Below, one piece after another: positions 8,956 through 18,635 of a stretch of DNA of 64,000 nt. Origin of the DNA: Brevinematales bacterium (GTDB lineage: Bacteria > Spirochaetota > Brevinematia > Brevinematales > JAOACQ01); NCBI GenBank assembly GCA_020052515.1, contig JAGVOW010000027.1, positions 199-64,198 of the forward strand, read 5' to 3'. The notes beneath the pieces are model-generated. The model had not been told where the DNA came from and made no database searches. It was given only the letters and a program-made list of their open reading frames with translations. Every line of letters begins with the position of its first letter. Position 1 is the stretch's first letter. Position numbers and translations under genes: made by a program.

Positions 8956-9555
8956 CTATCTTCTCAATTGCATGAGAACCAGCCGGATTATTTCCTCCAC
9001 TTCTTTGTTTTTAACTTCTTCTGAAGCGCTGAAAACAGAATCTATCGCTTTTTTAGCTTCGTTATCGGAGTAACCCAAAACTCTCATGGCCAAAAGGGTT
9101 TCTATTTTCTTCTTTTCCTGTGGATGAATTGCGGCCGAGTGATCGCTTATCGAAAGTTTTTTCATTTTATCCTTCAATTCCAATATAATGCGTGAAGCAG
9201 TCTTTGGCCCTATTCCTTTCACCCCGCTCAAAAGAGTCCCATTTTCCATTATAATAGCGTTTCTAATGTCCGAAGCGGAAAGTTCAGATAAAATCCGAAG
9301 GGCCTGTTTTGGGCCTATCCCTGAGACGCTCATCAGGCTCTCAAAAAGCTTCCTGTCCTCGATAGATAAAAATCCGACCAGGAAAATATCATCTTCCCGC
9401 ACAATCATTTTTGTGAAAAGGCGGGCAAATTCTCCGGTTTGAAGATGTTCCAACGTCAACCGGGATACAAAGATTTCAAAGGCCATCCCCGCGTTTTCAA
9501 GGACAGCGCAGACATCATCTTTCGCGATCAATTTTCCCGAAACAGAATAAATCAT
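8956..9555 (-). CDS. ruvA: Holliday junction branch-migration protein RuvA
   Basis: IVREDD, LMSVSGIGPK, VKGIGPKTASRIILELKDK, LGY. Confidence 0.95.
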   Translation of the reverse strand: MIYSVSGKLIAKDDVCAVLENAGMAFEIFVSRLTLEHLQTGEFARLFTKMIVREDDIFLVGFLSIEDRKLFESLMSVSGIGPKQALRILSELSASDIRNAIIMENGTLLSGVKGIGPKTASRIILELKDKMKKLSISDHSAAIHPQEKKKIETLLAMRVLGYSDNEAKKAIDSVFSASEEVKNKEVEEIIRLVLMQLRR

Positions 9556-10943
9556 GACAACCCACCCCTGTCCCCTCTGCGGGAGGGGAAATAGCTCTCC
9601 TCTTGAATATCCAATTCTTTGATTTTTTTATGCAGGTAGGTCCGGTCAATCCCTAAAGATTCGGACGCTTTTGTAATATTATAATGAAAGCGGATCAGCC
9701 GGTCGGTTATCAAATTTTTCTCAAACTCTTGTTTCGCGTCTTTTAGCGCCTGCTGAACATAATTCTCTTCCAATTGAGCATCATCCGGACGGCCCTGTTT
9801 TAACACATCATTCGCATCAATTAGGCCTTTACCGCTCAAAATAGCCAGGCGTTCCACGAAATTTTTTAGTTCCCTTACATTCCCGGCCCAAAAACGGCGG
9901 GATAACGCGTTCAGCGCTTTTTTGGATAAGGCAATCGATTTTTCATTTTTTAAATTAAAGTCTTCTATAAAATTAGCGGCCAGAAGGGGAATGTCCTCTT
10001 TTCTTTCCCGAAGCGGAGGGATCGAAATCGGAATGACGTTCAACCGGTAAAACAAATCCTGCCGAAAGCGCGCTTCCCGGATTTCATTATCTAAGTTTTT
10101 GTTCGTTGCGGCGAGAATTCTAACGTCTATCTTGACCGTTCCATTTCCGCCGACACGCTCAATTTCCCTTTCCTGAATCACCCGGAGGACTTTCGCTTGC
10201 GCGGAGAGGCTTAAGTCGCCTATCTCATCGAGAAAAATAGTGCCGCGATTGGCGCTCTCAAATTTTCCTTTCCTCTGCTTAAAAGCGCCGGTAAAAGCGC
10301 CTCTTTCATATCCAAAAAGCTCCGACTCGATCAGATTCTCTGGAATAGAAGCGCAGTTTACGCCGATAAAGGGGAAATTTTTTCTCTGGCTCTGGTTATG
10401 AATCATCCGGGCAATCAACTCTTTTCCCGTTCCATTTTCGCCGGTAATCAGAACCGACGCATTGCTCTGAGCAATATTGGGAAGGCTTTCTAAAATGAGC
10501 CGAATGGAAGGACTCTCGCCAATAAAAACAACGGGCTTTTCCAATTTCGATTTTAAGTTTAAATTTTCCATCTGCAATTCTTTCATCTTCACAGCATTAC
10601 GGACAGCGGAAAGGATCCTTTCTATAGAAAGCGGTTTTTCAATAAAATCAAAAGCGCCTCTTTTCATAGCTTCCACGGCCATTTTTATATCGCCATGCCC
10701 GGAAATAATGATGGCAGGAATAAGCGGCAGTTCACCGTGCATATAAGAAAGGACATCCATTCCCCCTTTTTTGGGGAGAAGCACATCTAAGATTACAGCG
10801 TCAATATCCTCAAGCAAGGCCTTTTTCTGGCCCTCTTCCCCATCTGCAGCGGTGATCACTTCATAACCATCATCTTTTAAAATGTCAGAAATAGTTTCCC
10901 GTATGCTTTCTTCATCATCAACAATTAAAATCTTACTTGCCAC
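9552..10943 (-). CDS. ntrX: sigma54-dependent response regulator, NtrX/NtrC family
   Basis: REC domain, GENGTGKE, GAFTGA, Fis HTH; last codons run through a REP (9561-9588). Confidence 0.8.
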   Translation of the reverse strand: MASKILIVDDEESIRETISDILKDDGYEVITAADGEEGQKKALLEDIDAVILDVLLPKKGGMDVLSYMHGELPLIPAIIISGHGDIKMAVEAMKRGAFDFIEKPLSIERILSAVRNAVKMKELQMENLNLKSKLEKPVVFIGESPSIRLILESLPNIAQSNASVLITGENGTGKELIARMIHNQSQRKNFPFIGVNCASIPENLIESELFGYERGAFTGAFKQRKGKFESANRGTIFLDEIGDLSLSAQAKVLRVIQEREIERVGGNGTVKIDVRILAATNKNLDNEIREARFRQDLFYRLNVIPISIPPLRERKEDIPLLAANFIEDFNLKNEKSIALSKKALNALSRRFWAGNVRELKNFVERLAILSGKGLIDANDVLKQGRPDDAQLEENYVQQALKDAKQEFEKNLITDRLIRFHYNITKASESLGIDRTYLHKKIKELDIQEESYFPSRRGDRGGLS

Positions 10944-10956
10944 TTTTTTCTCCTTG

Positions 10957-11113
10957 CCTCATCCCCCTCCCCGGCCCCCTTCTCCACTCGTGGAGAAGGG
11001 GGAGGGAAGTAAAGCACCTATTTATTTTAAACAATCAAATAGTAACACAACTTTATCTTTCACCCCCTCTCCGCACGCGGAGAGGGGGACGGGGGGTGAG
11101 GCTGAGTAGTTAC
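10957..11113. repeat. Pair of inverted REP-like palindromes
   Basis: CCCCCTTCTCCAC-tc-GTGGAGAAGGGGG and CCCCCTCTCCGC-ac-GCGGAGAGGGGG; tail GAGTAGTTACA shared with the ~51736 copy. Confidence 0.8.
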
Positions 11114-11177
11114 AGAAAATCTAAGAAATTATCCACTTTTACTAACGTACTAAAAATTCTGTTTTCTAAGCTGGTTC

Positions 11178-11993
11178 CTATTTCACAAGACGAATTGCGT
11201 TATTGCCAGAATCAGCGATATATATTTTTCCCGCGAAGTCAACACAAACACCAGCCGGGCCATTTAATCTAGCGGTAGTCGCTGATCCGCCATCGCCAGT
11301 AATCCCACTTACCCCCAGTATACCCGCAATTGTATTAATATTACCATCTGTAGATACCTTCCGGATTGCATTGTTACCGGCATCTGCGATAAAGATATTT
11401 TCTGCTGAATCAATAAAAACACCTGTTGGAAAATATAGATCAGCATTGATTGCAAGGCCTCCATCCCCAGAACTTCCATTTGATCCAAGGATACCGGCGA
11501 CAGTATTTATCTTACCGTCTGAAGCGTTTACTTTCCGGATCGCATGATTCCAGGCATCAGTAATGAAGATATTTCCCGCAAGATCAATATAAACGTTAGC
11601 CGGATAATTTAATTTTGCGGAAGTCGCAAGACCTCCATCACCAGTTGTTCCGACTTTTCCAAGAATACCGGCAACCGTGTTTATTTTACTGTTGGTTACG
11701 TTTATCTTACGGATCGCATGATTTTGAGTGTCAGCGATATAAATATTGCCAACGGAATCCAGGTAAACGCCCTGTGGATTTTTTAATTGAGCGTTAGTGG
11801 CAAAGTCTCCATCACCATTAGTACCGCTCGACCCAAGAGTTCCGGCAATTGTAAACATAAAAGGTTCTAAACTACTGGATTGACTGCTTGAACTTCCCCC
11901 ACCCTGTCCTCTGGGGATGTTTGCGCATCCAAGAACCATAAAAGTAATAGCTAACAGAATGATGAATATAGAGTTCCAAAACATTTTAAGCAT
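11178..11993 (-). CDS. NHL-repeat lipoprotein (4 repeats)
   Basis: Lipobox VLGC, Ser/Gly linker, 4x LxxPxGVxxDxxGNIxIADxxNxAIRK; start at MLKMF inferred. Confidence 0.85.
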   Translation of the reverse strand: MLKMFWNSIFIILLAITFMVLGCANIPRGQGGGSSSSQSSSLEPFMFTIAGTLGSSGTNGDGDFATNAQLKNPQGVYLDSVGNIYIADTQNHAIRKINVTNSKINTVAGILGKVGTTGDGGLATSAKLNYPANVYIDLAGNIFITDAWNHAIRKVNASDGKINTVAGILGSNGSSGDGGLAINADLYFPTGVFIDSAENIFIADAGNNAIRKVSTDGNINTIAGILGVSGITGDGGSATTARLNGPAGVCVDFAGKIYIADSGNNAIRLVK

Positions 11994-12036
11994 AAACGGA
12001 TCTCCTATTTTTTCAATCAAATCAACATATTTTAAA

Positions 12037-13191
12037 CTATTTGACTAAGCGGATTGCATTGTTACCAGCATCGGCAATAATAATATTACCCGCTGAATCA
12101 GCAAAAACGCCAATTGGATTGCTTAATCCAGCGGAAATAGCAGAGCCACCATCGCCGCTATTACACGCAGATCCAGGAATTCCAGCGATCGAATGTATCT
12201 TACCATCAGAAGCGTTCACTTTTCTGACCGTACTGTTGCCGGTATCAGCAATATAAATATTATTCGATAGATCGACGTAAATGCCTTGAGGTCTATTCAA
12301 CTTAGCTATAGTAGCAAACCCGCCGTCACCTGTTTTTCCACTTGACCCTAAAGTACCAGCGATCGTGTTGATCTTGCCATCGGAAGCGTTCACCTTCCGG
12401 ATCGCATGATTCCAGGTATCGGCAATATAAATATTTCCAATAGAATCGACATAAACACCTGATGGATTATTAAGTTTAGCATTTGTAGCGGAACCGCCGT
12501 CGCCTATATTACCGTTTGCTTGCAAGATACCCGCAATCGTATGTATTTTACCGTCTGAAATGTTTATCTTCCTGATCGCATTGTTAGCAGTATCTGCAAT
12601 GAAAATATTACCCGGAAGATCGACGCAAATGCCTTGCGGAACAAAAAGTTTAGCGGCGATTGCGGCGCCGCCATCACCTGTAGAACCATTTGATCCAGGA
12701 ATTCCAGCGATCGTATGAATTTTACCATCGGAAGCGTTCACTTTTCGAACAGTATTGTTACCAGTATCAGCGATGTAAATATTATTCGAAAGATCGACAC
12801 AAATACTAAAAGGTGTGCAAAATTTAGCGTTAGTCGAAAGCCCGCCGTCGCCATTGGTACCAATTGTTCCCGGGATGCCTGCAACCGTTTTGATTGTGCC
12901 GTCTGATGAGTTCACCTTCCGGATTGTATTGTTTCCAGAATCAGCAATAAAGATGTTGTTTCCGGAATCAATAAAAACAGTAGCCGGGAAATTTAACAGA
13001 GCGTTAATTGCAAGGCCGCCATCGCCGTTAGTGCCGCCCAATCCCAATTTTCCGGCAATCGTCGAAATAAATGGCCCAATAGCGTTGCTCTGTGAAGATG
13101 AACTGGTTTCGCTAGACAGGGCTGTGCAACCGAGAATTGCAAAAAGAGGGAGGATGCAAATCAAGTGTAATATTCTCCATATTTTTAACAT
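12037..13191 (-). CDS. NHL-repeat lipoprotein (6 repeats)
   Basis: Lipobox ILGC, Ser linker, six NHL repeats with GDGG spacers. Confidence 0.9.
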   Translation of the reverse strand: MLKIWRILHLICILPLFAILGCTALSSETSSSSQSNAIGPFISTIAGKLGLGGTNGDGGLAINALLNFPATVFIDSGNNIFIADSGNNTIRKVNSSDGTIKTVAGIPGTIGTNGDGGLSTNAKFCTPFSICVDLSNNIYIADTGNNTVRKVNASDGKIHTIAGIPGSNGSTGDGGAAIAAKLFVPQGICVDLPGNIFIADTANNAIRKINISDGKIHTIAGILQANGNIGDGGSATNAKLNNPSGVYVDSIGNIYIADTWNHAIRKVNASDGKINTIAGTLGSSGKTGDGGFATIAKLNRPQGIYVDLSNNIYIADTGNSTVRKVNASDGKIHSIAGIPGSACNSGDGGSAISAGLSNPIGVFADSAGNIIIADAGNNAIRLVK

Positions 13192-13415
13192 TAGCTAACC
13201 TCATTAATAAATATTATTTTATCGGGAAATTATATCATATTGAATTTTATTTTACAACAAATATTGAAAAAGGCACAAAGTGTGAAAAAATGATTGAAAA
13301 ATTTATTTTAATAATCTATAATGAATTGTAAGCATTTCCTTTAACACAAGTCTATTTGGATGAGTATAAAATAATTGTGTTTAATAATTAATTAAGTTGA
13401 AAAGGAGAGTAAGAA

Positions 13416-15140
13416 ATGAGTGTACCAAGGTTTCCAGACATTAGAAAAGACATACCGGGAAACAATGATTTTATTTTTCGTGAAATCAAACCAAAGAATC
13501 TTACAAGTACTGTTCTATGTTTTATTATCTCTTTATTCTTGCTGGCTTCCTGTGCTTTTCAGTTAACAAATGAAAATCCATCATCAAACGCATCACAAAA
13601 TCTAAATACTCCATATGCTTCTGTTCAGGAATTGGATTCCATCACAAATGGTTCCAGTGATTACGCTTATTGGCGTTTATCCAGGGTTTTCGCGCTTATG
13701 CAATTGGAAAATTTTAGATCGCAATGTAATTGGAACAATACCGCTCTTTCAGAAAGGCCGGTCGTTATTTACGACGGTCAATTTTTCCCAAAATACTATG
13801 AATTCCGTGTTTGTCTGGATGGGAAAGAGATCGGGGCTATATCATGCATTGCCCAGAAAAAGGACGGTCAGCCGGTAGCTTACGTGATGAGTTATGCGAA
13901 AGACTATAGTCAGTCTTCATCATTGGGAAAAAATTACAAAATCATTGCCAACAATTACCCCGCCAGTATTTATTACGGCGTTCAAAATGAGGCCCCGAAT
14001 AAATTGGGAATCATGAATAACGTGGTGTTTGACCCTCAAAGCGGGCATGCCACGAATGCCGCCCGTGAAGTTAGCGCGCTGGAGCTCCTGCGGAATGCCG
14101 ATAACGCTACTCTATCAAACATCGGAATCACTAATGAAAGCCAGCGCCAAGAGATGATTCAGGATCAGCTATCCAATCAGTCTGCCAATCATGACATGTG
14201 GCAGCAGATCGAACAGCGTCAATCCAATATTATCCAGACAACAGTAGAGCAGGTCGCTCAGGCGGCGGTTTCCACTAAGGGAGACTGGGATGACCAGTAT
14301 ATTCTCTGGCAATGGTGGAATAAGGCTTATTATTATAATCCCGGTCTATGGTGCGGCCCCAACTGCCTCACGTTTATTTCTATCGGGGCCGGTTACTACC
14401 CTGGATATGGCATCGATATGGGGAATAATCGGCAAGCTATAGACGATGCTTATCTAACTTTCGAGAACGCCGTCGGCACCGGGGCCAAACTGTGGTGGGA
14501 TTTTTCGGAGCCTCTCCAGAGATATACACCCTTTACATTAATCGGCGGGGTTCCTCATACCTATGATATCGCCAACGGATTTATCCGAGATTTCGGCACT
14601 CCGGTGATATCGCTCCGTTCCTGGGCTTTTATTAACGGGATTTGGACCTGGGAATGGCACTACCGGGTGATCTGCGGAACTCTTCGTCAGCACCGCGAAT
14701 GGGGCTTCTGGTTTTTGTGGTGGTGGATAGGTTTTTCCAGCAACAAGGACTGGTATCTCATGCACGACAACGGCGAAGATGGTGGAAATTTCTGGGAAGC
14801 GGCTGGAAGCTCAGCCCAAATAGTGGCATATCCGACCGTGCGCTATACTACAGGCACATCGACCGGATTGTCGGTAAATTACGCTGGAAACTGCTACTCT
14901 ATTTTAAGCTGGAACTCGCTGCCCGGCGCCTCGTCCTACGAAATATATTATTCAAGGATCAGCGGAGACGCCGCGAAAGCCTCGCCTCCAAAAGCGGTTA
15001 CAAGCGTTAATACCTTTGGTTTTAGCCTGGACAATAATAGCGGTATCCCCTCGCCGCAGACATGGTATTTCACTATTAAGGCTACTATACGTGGTGAAAA
15101 AAGCGCGTTCTCTGATGTTTATATTTATAGAGTTAATTAG
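13416..15140 (+). CDS. Lipoprotein, putative papain-like (C39/C10-like) cysteine peptidase with propeptide and C-terminal FN3-like domain
   Basis: Lipobox LLASC; WCGP, WHYRVI.G, YLMHDNG; LSWNSLPGASSYEIYY...WYFTIKA. Confidence 0.55.
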   Translation: MSVPRFPDIRKDIPGNNDFIFREIKPKNLTSTVLCFIISLFLLASCAFQLTNENPSSNASQNLNTPYASVQELDSITNGSSDYAYWRLSRVFALMQLENFRSQCNWNNTALSERPVVIYDGQFFPKYYEFRVCLDGKEIGAISCIAQKKDGQPVAYVMSYAKDYSQSSSLGKNYKIIANNYPASIYYGVQNEAPNKLGIMNNVVFDPQSGHATNAAREVSALELLRNADNATLSNIGITNESQRQEMIQDQLSNQSANHDMWQQIEQRQSNIIQTTVEQVAQAAVSTKGDWDDQYILWQWWNKAYYYNPGLWCGPNCLTFISIGAGYYPGYGIDMGNNRQAIDDAYLTFENAVGTGAKLWWDFSEPLQRYTPFTLIGGVPHTYDIANGFIRDFGTPVISLRSWAFINGIWTWEWHYRVICGTLRQHREWGFWFLWWWIGFSSNKDWYLMHDNGEDGGNFWEAAGSSAQIVAYPTVRYTTGTSTGLSVNYAGNCYSILSWNSLPGASSYEIYYSRISGDAAKASPPKAVTSVNTFGFSLDNNSGIPSPQTWYFTIKATIRGEKSAFSDVYIYRVN

Positions 15141-15165
15141 TTTGAATTGTAGGAGGAAATTTAAA

Positions 15166-15570
15166 ATGAATAAAGTTTTTAGTTTTTTAGCCCTATACCT
15201 TCCCATATTAATACTCAGTTCTTGTCCTGCTGGAGTTTATATGCCCGGTATTATTCCGGCAGGAGTGCGTACAATTGATTCCTCCACAAACGCTATCCAG
15301 GGCATGCGGTGTTCGCTTATTTTGAATAGTTCCGGCCAAATGATAGGCATAGAATATACTGATAACAGCGGCTTGGGAGAATTTGTTGTTACTAATGACG
15401 AAAGAATTACCCATCAGGATGAAAACGCTTTCCTGGCGAATTATACCATCCGGATCGAGGATGTGGACGGGACAAATAATCTCGCGAGTTTTTTGACTAC
15501 CAATATAATTCCAAAAAGGGTATACTTAAGTGATCGTTATGTAATTATGGAGACGAACACGAATGAGTGA
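15166..15570 (+). CDS. Small lipoprotein
   Basis: AGGAGG RBS then MNKVF...LSSC; TDNSG and IEDVDG.NN motifs recall radical-SAM-associated lipoproteins. Confidence 0.7.
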   Translation: MNKVFSFLALYLPILILSSCPAGVYMPGIIPAGVRTIDSSTNAIQGMRCSLILNSSGQMIGIEYTDNSGLGEFVVTNDERITHQDENAFLANYTIRIEDVDGTNNLASFLTTNIIPKRVYLSDRYVIMETNTNE

Positions 15571-17380
15571 AAGTAAAATATCTACTCTTCTCAAATCAGT
15601 CCTATTCATTATTTTCACATTGTTGTTTCTGCGGTTGTCCATTACGCCGGTAGACAGCCTGGATTTCGGTTTTCATATCCGTACCGGGGAAGATATTGTA
15701 AAAAATTTAAAATTTCCTCTGGTAGAAAGTTATTCCTATACCGCCGCCGGAAATTTTAACCCGGCTTATTCATGGGTTTTCGATGTATTGAATTATTTTT
15801 TTTACGCTTTATTGGGTATCCATGGGTTGATGATTCTTCAAATCATTCTGGCGCTCATTATTCTTTCTCTTGTTTTCATTCTGGTTTTTAGGATAAAACC
15901 CTCGCCTGATCTTTTCTGGAGTTTTCTTCTCATTGTCAATATCTTGCTCGCTTTTACTTTCTTTTACGCGCCCCGGATTATGGTTCGTCCCCAGCTTCTG
16001 GGAAATGTTTTTTTGATTTTATTCCTTCTGATTGCTCCGAAAATTTTTTCTAAAGAATATAGCGGCTTAAGCGTGAAAGGCCTTTTCAAGAGTCCTACTA
16101 TCTGGCTTGCCGTTATTCTTTTGCTGATCTGGGTAAACACTCACTCTTCTTTTGCGGAGTTGTTTGTCATTTTACTCATTGGGTTAGGGGCGCAGGTCGG
16201 AAAAAAAATCTTGCGCCTAGAAGGTCAGGACTTGCCATTGCGCAACAGCATTATTCTTTTTATGCTCCTCTTTTGTTTCTGCTTTTTGAACCCCAATTTT
16301 TATCGGGTTTTTGCGACATTTACGGCATCGACAAAGTACACCGAAGAATTTTTCTCTCTTTTCCAGGTTTTTCCGAAATCAGGAGGGCTTTATATCGCGA
16401 TTGTCCTGGCTTATTTGCTGATTTTTTTAGCTTTTGCTATCCGGTTTTTTATTAAGAAAGATTGTTTAAAGGGCTTTTTGCTTACCGCTTTTATGGCTTT
16501 AGGGGTTTATTCTGTACGCTTTCTGGGGGATCTGGGCGTCGCCGCGGCTGTATTGCTTTTACCCGAAGTGACTTTTATTACTGATTCCATGAGTAAGAAG
16601 CCGTTTTTAAAAAAGGCGGCGCTTTTCGGAATGATTTTAGTTTTGATGGGACAGCTTTTTCTGATCTACTTTTACCGAAGGCCTTTCGGCTGGGGATTGG
16701 CCGAAAACACCTTTCCGGTAAATGCGGTGAATTATCTAAATGGGCTTTCCATAGAAGGTGAAATGTTTAATTCTTATGAGTGGGGAGGGTATCTGATCTG
16801 GAACATGAAAAAACACAGGGTCTATATTGACGGGCGCATCCAGATCTACCCGGATAAATTTATTGAAAATTACCAGAATCAACTATTGAAAAAACCGCCT
16901 TTTTATTTTATGAGTGAAACCGAAAAGTGGAAGATTTCATTTGCCCTGGTTCCCTATCCTTCACAAATCGGAAATTTCATTGCCAATAATTATTCGGACT
17001 ATCTGTTTGATAAAAATAATTGGGCGCTGGTTTATTTTGACAACGAGTCGCTTGTCTATATGAAGCGCGGTTTTTCCGCGAATAACGACGCGCTCATTAA
17101 GAATTTAGAATACGCCTTATTAGAACCTACGATTTTGGTTCCGCCTCTTCTTGAAAAATATTTGACGAATGAAACATCTCAGAAAGTGGTGCTGGAAGAG
17201 CTGGAGCGAGCCATTGCGGTCTTTCCGAACTCGATTTATGCCCATTTCTGTCTGGGTTATTGCCAGTTCCAATTGGGGAATGTAGAGGAAGCCATAAAAG
17301 AATTGGAGATGACCAAGAAGCTTTATCCTCATCCGCAAGTGCTCGCGATCTTAGATAATTTGAAGTCTTTGAACAGATAA
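15563..17380 (+). CDS. Polytopic GT-C-like (STT3/AglB-like) membrane protein with C-terminal TPR
   Basis: Many TM helices; DFGFHIR.G, RPQL, W.N.H, NSYEWGGYLIW, VYIDGR; C-terminal TPR. Confidence 0.6.
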   Translation: MSESKISTLLKSVLFIIFTLLFLRLSITPVDSLDFGFHIRTGEDIVKNLKFPLVESYSYTAAGNFNPAYSWVFDVLNYFFYALLGIHGLMILQIILALIILSLVFILVFRIKPSPDLFWSFLLIVNILLAFTFFYAPRIMVRPQLLGNVFLILFLLIAPKIFSKEYSGLSVKGLFKSPTIWLAVILLLIWVNTHSSFAELFVILLIGLGAQVGKKILRLEGQDLPLRNSIILFMLLFCFCFLNPNFYRVFATFTASTKYTEEFFSLFQVFPKSGGLYIAIVLAYLLIFLAFAIRFFIKKDCLKGFLLTAFMALGVYSVRFLGDLGVAAAVLLLPEVTFITDSMSKKPFLKKAALFGMILVLMGQLFLIYFYRRPFGWGLAENTFPVNAVNYLNGLSIEGEMFNSYEWGGYLIWNMKKHRVYIDGRIQIYPDKFIENYQNQLLKKPPFYFMSETEKWKISFALVPYPSQIGNFIANNYSDYLFDKNNWALVYFDNESLVYMKRGFSANNDALIKNLEYALLEPTILVPPLLEKYLTNETSQKVVLEELERAIAVFPNSIYAHFCLGYCQFQLGNVEEAIKELEMTKKLYPHPQVLAILDNLKSLNR

Positions 17381-17404
17381 CTGGCCTAAATCCGGCGAAT
17401 CCTT

Positions 17405-18613
17405 TTATGGGGCTAAATTACTCAAGCCGCTGTTGCCTGGCCAATCCAGATTCAGATAATACGTTTCAATCAGGCAATTAGTTGTGAAAAGTGATACATT
17501 CAGGCCGTTAATCCCGGAAAGATTCAGGGTATTCAGGAATTGGGCGGTATGGGCGCTGAAAATCACGGTTCGCGCAAAGGCGTTCGTCCAGCCGGGATAG
17601 ATTGCGTTCGGATATTGGTTATTAATGTGGTCAATCCAATCTTTGAAATCAAATTTTATGTTTGTATAACCGCCGTTCATAAGAATCTTTTGAACAGAAG
17701 CTGTTTGAAGCAAATTGCTTTTCGAAGTGTTCGACAACGCCTGATTTAAGTAAAACTTCGTTTGTAATGCCAGATTGCCCATGTTTGTCAAGCAGACCAA
17801 TGATATACAAGCACTCTGCAAATAGGTCGGCGATTGGCTTTCGTAATAATCGCAATAGCTTTGTGCCATTTGTCTGAGAGCGCTTTCGAGCGAACCTTCC
17901 TGTATTCCGGTATTAAAGGCGCTGAAAAATGTGTCATAAGGATAGCCGTCGCTTAATTCATCAGTTTGGGAAACCATGAGGTAGTTTGCCTTATTCCTGA
18001 GCTGGTAGGCGACTTCCACATCCCCCATAGTGCAGGCGTCAAAAACGATAAAAGAAAAAGACCTGTCCGCCAGCGCATTCGCCAGTTCGTCGATATTCAT
18101 TTGATCGTTTCCAAACGAATCGTCTTCCCCGAAAGAAAAATTTATATTTGCGGAAACGAGGGTTTTGGGAAACCAGCCTGTCCCATGAGACCAGAGAACA
18201 AGTCCGTAATTTTCAGCGGGGAACATCGATTTTGCTGTGTCTATAAAATCCTTTAGTGTACCCGGAAGACAGGAGTCCTGTACCGTGTATGTTCTAACAA
18301 TTGGACTGATTACATTAGAACTCTGGTCATTGGTGATCCAGAGGATTACAGGAGTGGCGGGAATGGAACCGGTCGCGCGGTCGAGGTAAACGACAATATC
18401 GAAAAAAGAATTTCTCCCGGCTTTCTCCATTTCGTTCAGATCTTTTAGAACCGAACCGTCCAGGCTATTGTCCGCCGCCATATAAACCAGGATGGTCCAT
18501 GGCTTTTTATAAGAATTTCGGGCTGTGACTTTTTCTTTCTCCGGTTCGATGGAACAGCCACACAGAACCAAGGGAAAAAACAGGCAGGAAATGCAAATCA
18601 ATTTTCTACTCAT
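17405..18613 (-). CDS. Clostripain-family (C11) cysteine peptidase lipoprotein
   Basis: WTILVYMAADNSL, LVLWSHGTGW (His), FDACTM (Cys); lipobox LCGC; start moved to MSRKL. Confidence 0.9.
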   Translation of the reverse strand: MSRKLICISCLFFPLVLCGCSIEPEKEKVTARNSYKKPWTILVYMAADNSLDGSVLKDLNEMEKAGRNSFFDIVVYLDRATGSIPATPVILWITNDQSSNVISPIVRTYTVQDSCLPGTLKDFIDTAKSMFPAENYGLVLWSHGTGWFPKTLVSANINFSFGEDDSFGNDQMNIDELANALADRSFSFIVFDACTMGDVEVAYQLRNKANYLMVSQTDELSDGYPYDTFFSAFNTGIQEGSLESALRQMAQSYCDYYESQSPTYLQSACISLVCLTNMGNLALQTKFYLNQALSNTSKSNLLQTASVQKILMNGGYTNIKFDFKDWIDHINNQYPNAIYPGWTNAFARTVIFSAHTAQFLNTLNLSGINGLNVSLFTTNCLIETYYLNLDWPGNSGLSNLAP

Positions 18614-18635
18614 AATATTCGACCTTTTATATCCC

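Noticed and set aside
8891-9073. 60-aa ORF (and the ORF at 37410..37607)
   Set aside because: These are translations across tRNA genes.
10882-11272. Pro/Gly-rich short ORFs (also 5590..5877, 51738..51923, and N-terminal extensions at 47071 and 47309)
   Set aside because: Artefacts of translating REP palindromes and promoter DNA.
364-13191. CRISPR array or DGR template/variable repeats
   Set aside because: The repeats are in-frame protein repeats; no cas gene or reverse transcriptase is present.
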